Assembly (NCBI GenBank): GCA_963976765.1
Contig: CAXBME010000006.1
Span: forward strand, 186,001-250,000
From: an uncultured Planctomycetaceae bacterium
Lineage (GTDB): Bacteria > Planctomycetota > Planctomycetia > Planctomycetales > Planctomycetaceae
Direction of reading: 5' to 3'
DNA length: 64,000 nucleotides
The notes below the pieces were generated by a model. The model was not told the DNA's origin. It did not search any database and was given only the letters and a program-made list of their open reading frames with translations. Shown here in pieces: positions 39,114-47,244 of the stretch; within the stretch, counting starts at the first letter, position 1; every line of letters starts with the position of its first letter. The position numbers and the translations under genes are program-made.

Positions 39114-40577
39114 ATGAAAAATTCAACCAGCCCGATCATCGAACAGACACGCCGGCACTTCTTCGGCAACGCCGGTTTATCGCTGGGCAGCATCGGACTG
39201 GCGTCGCTGATGTCTGATCAAAAGATCTTCGCCGCGAAGGCTGACGATGCGACGAATCCTCGGCTCACCAACCCGCTGGCGCCTCAGGACGGTCATCACC
39301 CGCCGCGAGCGAAGAACGTGATCTACCTCTTCATGGCCGGAGGCCCCAGCCACCTGGAACTCTTCGATTACAAACCGAAGCTGCAGGAACTGTCCGGACA
39401 GGTCATTCCGGAATCGTACGTTGAAGGCAAACGATTCGCGTTTATCAAAAAGGACGCCAAACTGCTGGGGACGAAACGAAAGTTCGTCCGGAACGGCGAA
39501 AGCGGTCTGGAGCTTTCTACTCTGCTGCCGCACATCGGCTCAATGGCCGACGACATCTGCCTGATCCGAAGTATGAAGACCGAAGTCTTCAACCACGGCC
39601 CGGCAAAGCTCTACATGAATACCGGCTTCGAACGTTTCATGGGGCGACCGAGTATGGGCTCGTGGGTGACCTACGGAATCGGCAGCGAAGCCGACGATCT
39701 GCCCGGTTTCCTCGTCCTGAATTCCGGCCCGCGAGGTCCACGAGGCGGCACACCGCTCTGGTCGAGCGGTTTTCTGCCGACGACCTATCAAGGCGTGCCT
39801 CTGCTGAACGGGTCTGACCCGATTCTGAACCTGTCATCGCCGAAAGGTTTTGATCAGCAGCGACAGGGTGACTTCGTCGACGCCGTGAAGGATCTCAATC
39901 AGGCACGACTCGACCAGATCGGCGACCCGGAAATCGCGACGCGCATCGCAGCTTACGAAATGGCTTATCGCATGCAGAGCAGCGCGCCGGAGCTGATGGA
40001 CCTGTCGGGCGAAACTAAAGAAACGCTTGCCGACTACGGCATCACCGATGTTTCGAAACCGAGTTTCGCTCGAAACTGTCTGCTGGCTCGTCGGCTGGTT
40101 GAACGAGGCAGTCGCTTCGTCCAGCTTTACCACACCGACTGGGACCATCACGGAAATCCCGGCACCGATCTCGGCAAGGCACTGGAAGCACGATGCGGAG
40201 AGACGGACCAGCCATCTGCGGCGCTGCTGAGGGATCTCAAGCAACGGGGCCTGCTCGACGACACCGTTGTCGTCTGGGGCGGCGAATTCGGACGCACGCC
40301 GCAGGGCGAACCGCGAGACCTGATCGGCCGCGACCATCACATCGACGGCTTTTCCATGTGGCTGGCTGGAGGCGGCGTCAAAGGCGGGCAGTCGATCGGC
40401 CAGACCGACGAACTTGGCTACAACGCGGTTGAAGACGTCGTTCACGTTCACGACTTACAGGCCACGCTGCTGCACCTGCTGGGTCTGGATCATCTCAAAC
40501 TGACGTTCCGCTTCCAGGGCCGCGACTACCGCCTGACCGACGTCGGCGGCCACGTCGTCGAGAAAGTGTTCGGTTAG
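39114..40577 (+). CDS. DUF1501 family protein with Tat signal
   Basis: TRRHFF, FMAGGPSHLELFDYKP, CLLARRLVERG, WGGEFGRTP, GRDHH. Confidence 0.93.
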   Translation: MKNSTSPIIEQTRRHFFGNAGLSLGSIGLASLMSDQKIFAAKADDATNPRLTNPLAPQDGHHPPRAKNVIYLFMAGGPSHLELFDYKPKLQELSGQVIPESYVEGKRFAFIKKDAKLLGTKRKFVRNGESGLELSTLLPHIGSMADDICLIRSMKTEVFNHGPAKLYMNTGFERFMGRPSMGSWVTYGIGSEADDLPGFLVLNSGPRGPRGGTPLWSSGFLPTTYQGVPLLNGSDPILNLSSPKGFDQQRQGDFVDAVKDLNQARLDQIGDPEIATRIAAYEMAYRMQSSAPELMDLSGETKETLADYGITDVSKPSFARNCLLARRLVERGSRFVQLYHTDWDHHGNPGTDLGKALEARCGETDQPSAALLRDLKQRGLLDDTVVVWGGEFGRTPQGEPRDLIGRDHHIDGFSMWLAGGGVKGGQSIGQTDELGYNAVEDVVHVHDLQATLLHLLGLDHLKLTFRFQGRDYRLTDVGGHVVEKVFG

Positions 40578-41033
40578 GCGAGTTGACCTTTTCAGCGTGC
40601 CGCCGCTGGCACACTCCCGCCACTCATCGGTGCCTTCCTTTCCCGAACGAAGCGTCGCCATCCGTGTCGTGCGATTCCGACAGGTCACACCACTCGCCTA
40701 ACCGTCAAAGTCCACCTTCGCTGACACTCGTCAAGCAGGCACTTTGTATCGATTCTTTCGACTAAGTAGGCGGCGGCGGCTTCCCGTTGATGGCGAGTCG
40801 TCTGACTGTGCCAGTTGCTTCAAGCAGAGAATGTGTTCTGTCGACCAAAGACGTACGGAGATTTTTCTGTTCGTTGGTCGCCGCGTTATTTCCCGCTTGA
40901 CTTTCTGCAAGGAGGCTTTTGCCGCCTCGCCTGACAAGTCTCAAACGGGAAACCCCTGATGCCGTCTCAACCTTCCGATCGAAGAATCTCTCCTGGATTG
41001 GATTCGCTTGAAAATACGGAAGGAGTGACTCAG

Positions 41034-42389
41034 ATGAGACTTGCTATGAAACTCGCTGTACTGACGGGCCTGCTTGTCGCAGGGTTTGGTCAGTCGGCGC
41101 TGGCAGGCTATTGCGGAGCCGCCAGCTACAGTTGTTGTCCGACGTCGGCATGCTCGCCGTGCGGGGACTATTGCGCCGCAAGCTCGTGCTCAACGTGTTA
41201 CAAGACCGTACAGGACGTCGTCTATGACAAATGTCAGGTGACGAAGTACCGCACGGTTTACGACACCGTCTGCGAGCAGCAACCCATTACCTGCACCAGG
41301 AACGTCTATGAAACGAAGTTCCGCGACGAGTGCTACACGATTCAGAAGCCGGTCTATCAGGTCTGTTATAAAGACGTGCCGCACACGGTCTGCAAGCCAG
41401 TCCAGAAGACGTGCTACCGCAACGAGCAGTACACTGTCCGAGTGCCGTACACTCAGACGTGCTATCGCAATGAGTGCTACACGGTCTGCAAGCCCTGCTA
41501 CAAAACCTGCTACAAGACCGTCTGCTACGATGTCTGCAAGCCGGTTTACAAGACCTGCTACCGCGAAGAATGCTACACGACCTACAAGCCGTGCACCGAA
41601 ACGAAGTACCGCGAGGTCTGCTACACGGTCTGCAAGCCAGTCGTGGAATGCAAAACAATCGACGTCTGTGGCGGCTCGTATCAGACCGTTGTTGAGCAGT
41701 GTCCGGACAACTCGTGCAGCCGCTGCGTGCAGTCACCCGGAAGCTGGAACTACGACTGCAACAGTTGCCGTTCGAACTACCAGCCAGGTTGCAGCCGTAC
41801 CGAACGGTTCTTCCAGCCGGGATCAACGACCTGTCGCCAGGTGTGGGTTCCACGGACCGAGAAGAAAACGGTCATGTGCACTCGCATGGAACGGGAAGTC
41901 AAACGCTGCCGGGTTCCATACTCGGTCTGCCGAATGGTGCCTGTCCAGCAGACTCGCCGAGTTCCTTACACCACCTGCTGCATGCAGAAGGAAACTCGTC
42001 AGAAGAAGGTTCCTTACACGGTCTGCTCGACAAAAACCGAAACCCGCACTCGCCGCATTCCTTACACGGTTTGCTCATGGCGATGCGAAACCCGGAGCCG
42101 CCAGGTTCCGTACACGGTGACCTCTTTCGAGAAGCAAACCGTCTGCACGAAAGTGCCTTACACGACCTGCTCGTACATTTCAGAAACAAAGACCCGCAAG
42201 GTTCCTTACACCGTGTGTCGACAGGTTTGCGAAACCCGCTACGTCAACAACACTCGTCAGGTGCCGAAGCAGGTTCCGTACACGGAAACGGTCTGTGTAC
42301 CGCGAGTCGTCTGTCGGCAGGTTCCAGTCACGACGTGCTGCCCGAAGCCATCATGCACCACCGGTTGCAGCACAGGATGTGGTAGCTGA
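41034..42389 (+). CDS. Secreted Cys-rich YTV-repeat protein (planctomycete envelope/structural protein)
   Basis: GGAG RBS, signal peptide, 16-aa repeats CYTVCKPV and VPYTVC. Confidence 0.88.
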   Translation: MRLAMKLAVLTGLLVAGFGQSALAGYCGAASYSCCPTSACSPCGDYCAASSCSTCYKTVQDVVYDKCQVTKYRTVYDTVCEQQPITCTRNVYETKFRDECYTIQKPVYQVCYKDVPHTVCKPVQKTCYRNEQYTVRVPYTQTCYRNECYTVCKPCYKTCYKTVCYDVCKPVYKTCYREECYTTYKPCTETKYREVCYTVCKPVVECKTIDVCGGSYQTVVEQCPDNSCSRCVQSPGSWNYDCNSCRSNYQPGCSRTERFFQPGSTTCRQVWVPRTEKKTVMCTRMEREVKRCRVPYSVCRMVPVQQTRRVPYTTCCMQKETRQKKVPYTVCSTKTETRTRRIPYTVCSWRCETRSRQVPYTVTSFEKQTVCTKVPYTTCSYISETKTRKVPYTVCRQVCETRYVNNTRQVPKQVPYTETVCVPRVVCRQVPVTTCCPKPSCTTGCSTGCGS

Positions 42390-42444
42390 CCGAGGAATTC
42401 CTCGGGCAGTGACTCGCTGAGTCGACATCCAATCCAGGCGTCAT

Positions 42445-42488
42445 CCGCAAGCCGGCTTCGAACTTCGAAGTCGGCTTGCGGTGTTTTC
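42445..42488 (+). terminator. Intrinsic terminator
   Basis: CCGCAAGCCGGCTTCGAA / TTCGAAGTCGGCTTGCGG followed by TGTTTT. Confidence 0.7.
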
Positions 42489-42665
42489 AGAAGCTCGAAA
42501 GATGACGCATCACGGCAATTTGCTTATTTTCAAAATTTGTCATCTCGCAGATTCTTCATATTTGCTTTGCACGTTCGTCGCATAAAATCCCGTACATAAC
42601 TACCGAGGCGTTTATTGCTGTCGCTGATCTGTCGACCCAACGGTCAAAGATAAGGAGCAGCTGAA

Positions 42666-43523
42666 ATGAAGCCAGGTACACCAGACGACGAAACGATCTC
42701 CAGCATCAACAGTGCAGTGGCTCGCTGCTTTGACGAGATTGCCAACCTGCTGGAAGGTCGCTGCCCCACAGACTTCCGCATCAATACCTACCGACGAGGT
42801 GCGGCTGTTCTCCGGGAACTCCTTTGTCCAGTCGATCGAATCTTCGATGACTCCGGTCTCGAAGGACTGGAAGAAATTTCCGGCCTCAGCAAATCCCTTG
42901 CCCTGTCCATCGAGAAGTTTCTGCAGACAGGCTTCATGCCGACACTTGAACTGCTTCGCGGCAACGGTCTCTCACCCCGATTCATGCGGTCTGCTGACAG
43001 CCCGCGTCGTCGGCCTGTTATTCATGCCCGCCCCTCAGTCAGTGTTCAACGGGTCAGACTTCAGCGGTCGACAACACCGCCTCCGTCAATGCATGGTCAT
43101 GTCGGCCCGTCGATCGAGCAGTTACTCAGCATTGATGCCGAGTACCGAGCAAAGTCTGCCAACGAACAACTGGTCCGAATCGCTCCCCGACAGTTCAATC
43201 CTACCGGGGAAAAATGGCTGCCGGTCCTTCACACTCGCCGAGACAAGTGGCACTACACGGCGGCATTTTCAAACACGGCCCATGCTCACGAGGAAGGAAT
43301 GACACACGACTGGGTCATCATCCACCTCGATGCTGCCGAATGCTCGGGGCACTGGACCGTGATCACGTCGCAGTTTGGCCAACTCAAAAGCCGCCGCATC
43401 GTGAGAGGCCGCGAAGCCGAATGTGTCGCTTTCTACCAGCGTCACCCGAATGATGTCTCTGTCGATGAAGTCTTCGAGGAACCCGCTCGAAATCACCAGA
43501 AGCTGTTGTTCGACATCGACTGA
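42666..43523 (+). CDS. Helix-hairpin-helix protein with a PolX-type N-terminal domain and a non-polymerase C-terminal domain
   Basis: NSAVARCFDEIANLLE...FRINTYRRGA...LEEISGLSKSLA; C-terminal IAPRQFNP..WLPVLH..FSNTAHAH..DWVII..RGRE. Confidence 0.8.
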   Translation: MKPGTPDDETISSINSAVARCFDEIANLLEGRCPTDFRINTYRRGAAVLRELLCPVDRIFDDSGLEGLEEISGLSKSLALSIEKFLQTGFMPTLELLRGNGLSPRFMRSADSPRRRPVIHARPSVSVQRVRLQRSTTPPPSMHGHVGPSIEQLLSIDAEYRAKSANEQLVRIAPRQFNPTGEKWLPVLHTRRDKWHYTAAFSNTAHAHEEGMTHDWVIIHLDAAECSGHWTVITSQFGQLKSRRIVRGREAECVAFYQRHPNDVSVDEVFEEPARNHQKLLFDID

Positions 43524-43597
43524 CAAATCCTCGACGTATTGTTCCGGATTCCGGATCAGCACGACACTTTTCTGCTGAGGTTGCTCGCTTGTCCAAA

Positions 43598-45259
43598 CTA
43601 CTCGGGCAGCTCCTGCCTGTTTGTTTCGGGAGCAAAGATCAGCAACACCAGCCCAATAGCAAACAAGAGTGCCAATGTAGCGACAGCGTATCGCAACCCC
43701 AGTGATGTTCCGTATGTCGCGGTAAAAGACTCGCGCAGATACACACGTCCGATGAGAATTGACGCCGCCACAAGGCGACCGACGTTGAAGCAGAAGCTGG
43801 CGCCGGTTGCTCGAAGACGTGTCGGGAAAAGTTCTGGAAAGTAAATTGCGTATCCGGCGTGCATCCCAACAACGAAGAATGCCATTATTGAAAGCAGAAT
43901 GATCGTCTCGTTAAGACTGCTTGCGAAGTAGAACGTGGCGGGAGCCGTAATCAACGCACCGAGGTGATAGAAGGCAAATGCTGGCCGCCGACCAGTGATC
44001 GAGGCCAGCGGCGCAAATGCCAGCAGACCAAGTAATCCTCCCGTAAAGTTCATGATCAGATATGCAAAGTTTGCGTTGCGACTGTAAAGCCGGCGAGCGA
44101 TACCGCTCTCAAGAATCTCTCGGTACTTCGCAGCCAGCTCTTGATTTGACGCTCCATTCGAACTCGATTCCAGTTCTTGAGTTTCGCGCAGCAACTCAAT
44201 CTGATGCCGAGCGACATCCCGCTTCTCGATAACTCGGTCGCTGACTGGTTCTTCAGAATCGAGAGGCTCACCTTGATCGTCGAGTCCTGCTTCCAATGCA
44301 ATTTCGTGCGCAGTTGCCTGAAACACTTTCGGTTTATTGTCTGAAACTGGAACGAATTCTGCGATCACGTCCAGCACTCGCTTTTGCAATTCTTGACCTG
44401 AAAGAGTGACCGCTTCGCGTTTCTGAACATCGGTCGCAAGCTCTGGTCCCCAAGCGTAAACACCCCAGTATGTCCCCATGCCGATCGAAGCTAGAGACAG
44501 GCCAAGGAATGCACGGCCCGCCCATCGTCGATCGCCAAGCAAGGCGGGCAACGATGACATCAACCCCGGCTTCCTGTCGGTTGAATCCGTCGCGGCCTGT
44601 GACTCTTCCCAACGCTCGGACTCTTTCAAACTGGATCGAATCCAGAGAATCAGTAACGCTGGCACGAGGCCAATCAGGAATGCAATTCGCCAGTTCGATA
44701 GCGAAAGAAACATTCCACACAAAGACGCCAACACTGCACCCAACACACTGGATGCATGGAAGATCCCTCCGGCAATTGCGCGTGCTCGTTTCGGAAAGAC
44801 TTCAGAGACTAGCGCCGCCGCGATGGCCCACTCGCCACCGACGCCCATTGCAACGAAGAATCTCAATCCGACAATTACCCACGCGGACGTGGCAAAGTAG
44901 TGCATCCCCGTAAAAAACGAGTACACAAGGATGCTGTAAACCATCGAACGCCGACGGCCAATCCGATCGGCCAGCATTCCAAATACAAGCCCACCAAAAG
45001 CTCCCCCTACCATGAATGCAGCGAGTGCGTAGTTCGAAAACTGGTCCACCAGCGGATCGGTCTCGGTTACTTGCAGGATGTCAGCCATCGCCGTGGTCTT
45101 GTAAACCGCAAAGAGCTGCCCTTCGAAGACGTCAAACACCCACCCCGCAGACGCGATCACAAGAACGAGCCATTGATAGCGGGTGATGCCGGCGTACCAC
45201 GGGCCGTCGTTGTTTGAGCTTTCAGACGGATCGGCGTTGACGGGCGGCGAGTCGCTCAC
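43598..45259 (-). CDS. MFS transporter with a large hydrophilic insertion
   Basis: GMLADRIGRR, GVGGEW, PELFPTRLRATG. Confidence 0.92.
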   Translation of the reverse strand: MSDSPPVNADPSESSNNDGPWYAGITRYQWLVLVIASAGWVFDVFEGQLFAVYKTTAMADILQVTETDPLVDQFSNYALAAFMVGGAFGGLVFGMLADRIGRRRSMVYSILVYSFFTGMHYFATSAWVIVGLRFFVAMGVGGEWAIAAALVSEVFPKRARAIAGGIFHASSVLGAVLASLCGMFLSLSNWRIAFLIGLVPALLILWIRSSLKESERWEESQAATDSTDRKPGLMSSLPALLGDRRWAGRAFLGLSLASIGMGTYWGVYAWGPELATDVQKREAVTLSGQELQKRVLDVIAEFVPVSDNKPKVFQATAHEIALEAGLDDQGEPLDSEEPVSDRVIEKRDVARHQIELLRETQELESSSNGASNQELAAKYREILESGIARRLYSRNANFAYLIMNFTGGLLGLLAFAPLASITGRRPAFAFYHLGALITAPATFYFASSLNETIILLSIMAFFVVGMHAGYAIYFPELFPTRLRATGASFCFNVGRLVAASILIGRVYLRESFTATYGTSLGLRYAVATLALLFAIGLVLLIFAPETNRQELPE

Positions 45260-45300
45260 GTTGATTCTCCAGATGATGTCGCGGAGTGCTGAACCGTTAT

Positions 45301-46410
45301 CTATTCGGCGTCTGAGTCGATGGCCGGAATTTCCGGTTTCTTCAGAAACTCGGTGGTGAAGGCATCGTTGACGTTAAGACTTCCTGCATCAACAACTTCG
45401 CACTCAACAAGCTGGTCGGCCATTCTCTGCCAGCGATCGGAAGTCATGTTTCCAGGCGGAACCGTTCCGGTCGAGTCGTCCGGCAGGCAAAGAGCCTGCA
45501 GCTCCTTCGCACCGAATTCAAGGATGTCGAGATCCTCGTCGCCCATCTGGTCGGTCTGAGCGAGGATGAAGCGGTTCGTTTCTTCCGGCTCGGTCAGGTA
45601 CTTCTGCCAGCCCTTCTGCACAGCCTGAACGAAGTCTCGAACAAGGTCCGGCTTGTCCCTGATCATTGACGCTTCCGTAATGAGCGTGCTGGTGTATGGG
45701 TTAAAGCCGATCTCTGCGGCCATCAGACTGTGCGGGTCTCCGCCTTCCTTCTTTGCAGTAAACGGCTCACTGAAGACGTAAGCCTGTTGAGCAAAATCCG
45801 GATTCAACAGGAAGGTCGACACGTTGCCGGGGTAAGGCACGATCGTGCAGCCGTCGAGCGAAACTTTTCGCTGCAGGTAATTTCCGAAGGTCGAATTCTG
45901 GTTGATGGCCAGTGTCAGATTCTTCAGGTCGGCGAATTGCTTAATACCTGACGCCTTGTGAACCATGATGCAGCGCGGGCTGGTCTGCAGCGCCGCGAAG
46001 ATGGCAACGACATCCGCTTCGCGGGCTCGCCCAACGAGAATCTGATCAGCGTTGGAAATTCCGAATTCAACTCTGCCAGTCGCCACGTCCTGAATGACCG
46101 GCACGCCCGGACCGCCGGGTCGGATCGTGACGTTCAGCCCAGCGTCTTTGAAATAACCATGCACCAGTGCCGCGTAGTAGCCGCCGTGTTCGGCCTCGGG
46201 ATACCAGTTCAGAGCGAGCGTCACACCTCTTGGAACCGGCGAGCTGGCGGCAACTCCAGTCAATTCTCCGTCGCTGGCTGGCTGAGCCGTGTTGGGCTCA
46301 TCGGAGCAGCCGGCACAGACTCCGAGAGCGAGGATCAGCAGAAACTGGCAGAATTTCAGTCCGACCCGAATTTTCAAGCAGTTTCGTAAGGATTCCTGTC
46401 GATGACTCAT
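45301..46410 (-). CDS. ABC transporter substrate-binding lipoprotein (NMT1/THI5/SsuA-like)
   Basis: Lipobox CAGC, LNWYPEAEHGGYYAA, GYFKDAGL, DAFTTEF. Confidence 0.9.
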   Translation of the reverse strand: MSHRQESLRNCLKIRVGLKFCQFLLILALGVCAGCSDEPNTAQPASDGELTGVAASSPVPRGVTLALNWYPEAEHGGYYAALVHGYFKDAGLNVTIRPGGPGVPVIQDVATGRVEFGISNADQILVGRAREADVVAIFAALQTSPRCIMVHKASGIKQFADLKNLTLAINQNSTFGNYLQRKVSLDGCTIVPYPGNVSTFLLNPDFAQQAYVFSEPFTAKKEGGDPHSLMAAEIGFNPYTSTLITEASMIRDKPDLVRDFVQAVQKGWQKYLTEPEETNRFILAQTDQMGDEDLDILEFGAKELQALCLPDDSTGTVPPGNMTSDRWQRMADQLVECEVVDAGSLNVNDAFTTEFLKKPEIPAIDSDAE

Positions 46411-46487
46411 AAACTGTTTTCCTGACGGGATTTCGGATGATTGGGCAGTTGCGATTCTGACTTCAGCTGCCGAGAGCAACTCGCGAG

Positions 46488-46516
46488 TTGCAACCGAATG
46501 GCGTCAGGTTTAGAAT
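46488..46516 (+). promoter_or_regulatory. Sigma70 promoter of the small basic protein gene
   Basis: TTGCAA-N17-TAGAAT; -35 overlapped by the palindrome GCAACTCGCGAGTTGC. Confidence 0.55.
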
Positions 46517-46624
46517 CCTTCGCTTTCCCGCAGCCAGCGGTTTCGGGATCTGACTGATGTCGTTCATCCCGCGTCGGAGGATACCCCTCTTGAGAGTCGG
46601 GTTGCAAATCTGGAGATAAGTACG

Positions 46625-46852
46625 GTGAGCCTTGATCAGAGTCTGAAACGCGGTAGTCGGTTGATCCGAGCCCGAAATGTCATGAAGCGAGCTGAACGTA
46701 TCGCAAAGCTTACGGACGAGGATCGCTGGGACGAATCCAAGAGCGTCATTGGCATCCCAAAGACAAAAGTGCCTAAGACCGTCGTCGGTCGAAAAAAGAA
46801 GAAGAAGACCAAGGAAGAGGACGGCGACGACAAAGGCAAGAAGAAGAAGTAA
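46625..46852 (+). CDS. PVC-superphylum small basic (signature) protein
   Basis: MSLDQSLK...RNVMKRAERI...W..SVIGIPK with a poly-Lys tail; GGAG RBS and GTG start. Confidence 0.9.
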   Translation: MSLDQSLKRGSRLIRARNVMKRAERIAKLTDEDRWDESKSVIGIPKTKVPKTVVGRKKKKKTKEEDGDDKGKKKK

Positions 46853-46901
46853 TTTGCTGGCAACCGCCTTGGCAAAGGCGGGGTCAGAAATCCGGAGATC
46901 T

Positions 46902-46937
46902 AACGGCCGTCTGAGTTATGTCAGACGGTCGTTTTTT
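46902..46937 (+). terminator. Intrinsic terminator
   Basis: AACGGCCGTCTGA-GTTATG-TCAGACGGTCGTT followed by a T run. Confidence 0.75.
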
Positions 46938-47244
46938 CGTGCGCATTGCGCAACAGGCATGTGGATGTCAGTTAATGCGGCCTGACGTCGGAGCATTTCT
47001 CATTCGACTGTGTAGTTAGGTTGCCTGACGCAATTCCGGCAGGCAGAATGATCGGCTCGGTTGTGGGCGTTCTGCCCTGCATGGCCGTAAAAAATTGAAC
47101 TGATCTGGTCAATATGGCGAAAACGTGGCCAGCACAATTCGTGGACGAGCCTGTCCGGAACCTCAAATCAGATGCGATGTCGCCTGATCAGTTAAGTCGG
47201 CGACCTCTGTGTTGGATGGTCCGCAAGTTAAGAACCGTAACCTC

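Noticed and set aside
41287..42385. Long overlapping ORFs inside the YTV gene (270, 228 and 188 aa)
   Set aside because: By-products of repetitive Cys/Thr/Val codons; no protein-like features.
46410..46620. TPP riboswitch ahead of the NMT1/THI5-like gene
   Set aside because: The CTGAGA...CCTGA...GxTAATxCxxGCGxAGG arrangement is absent.
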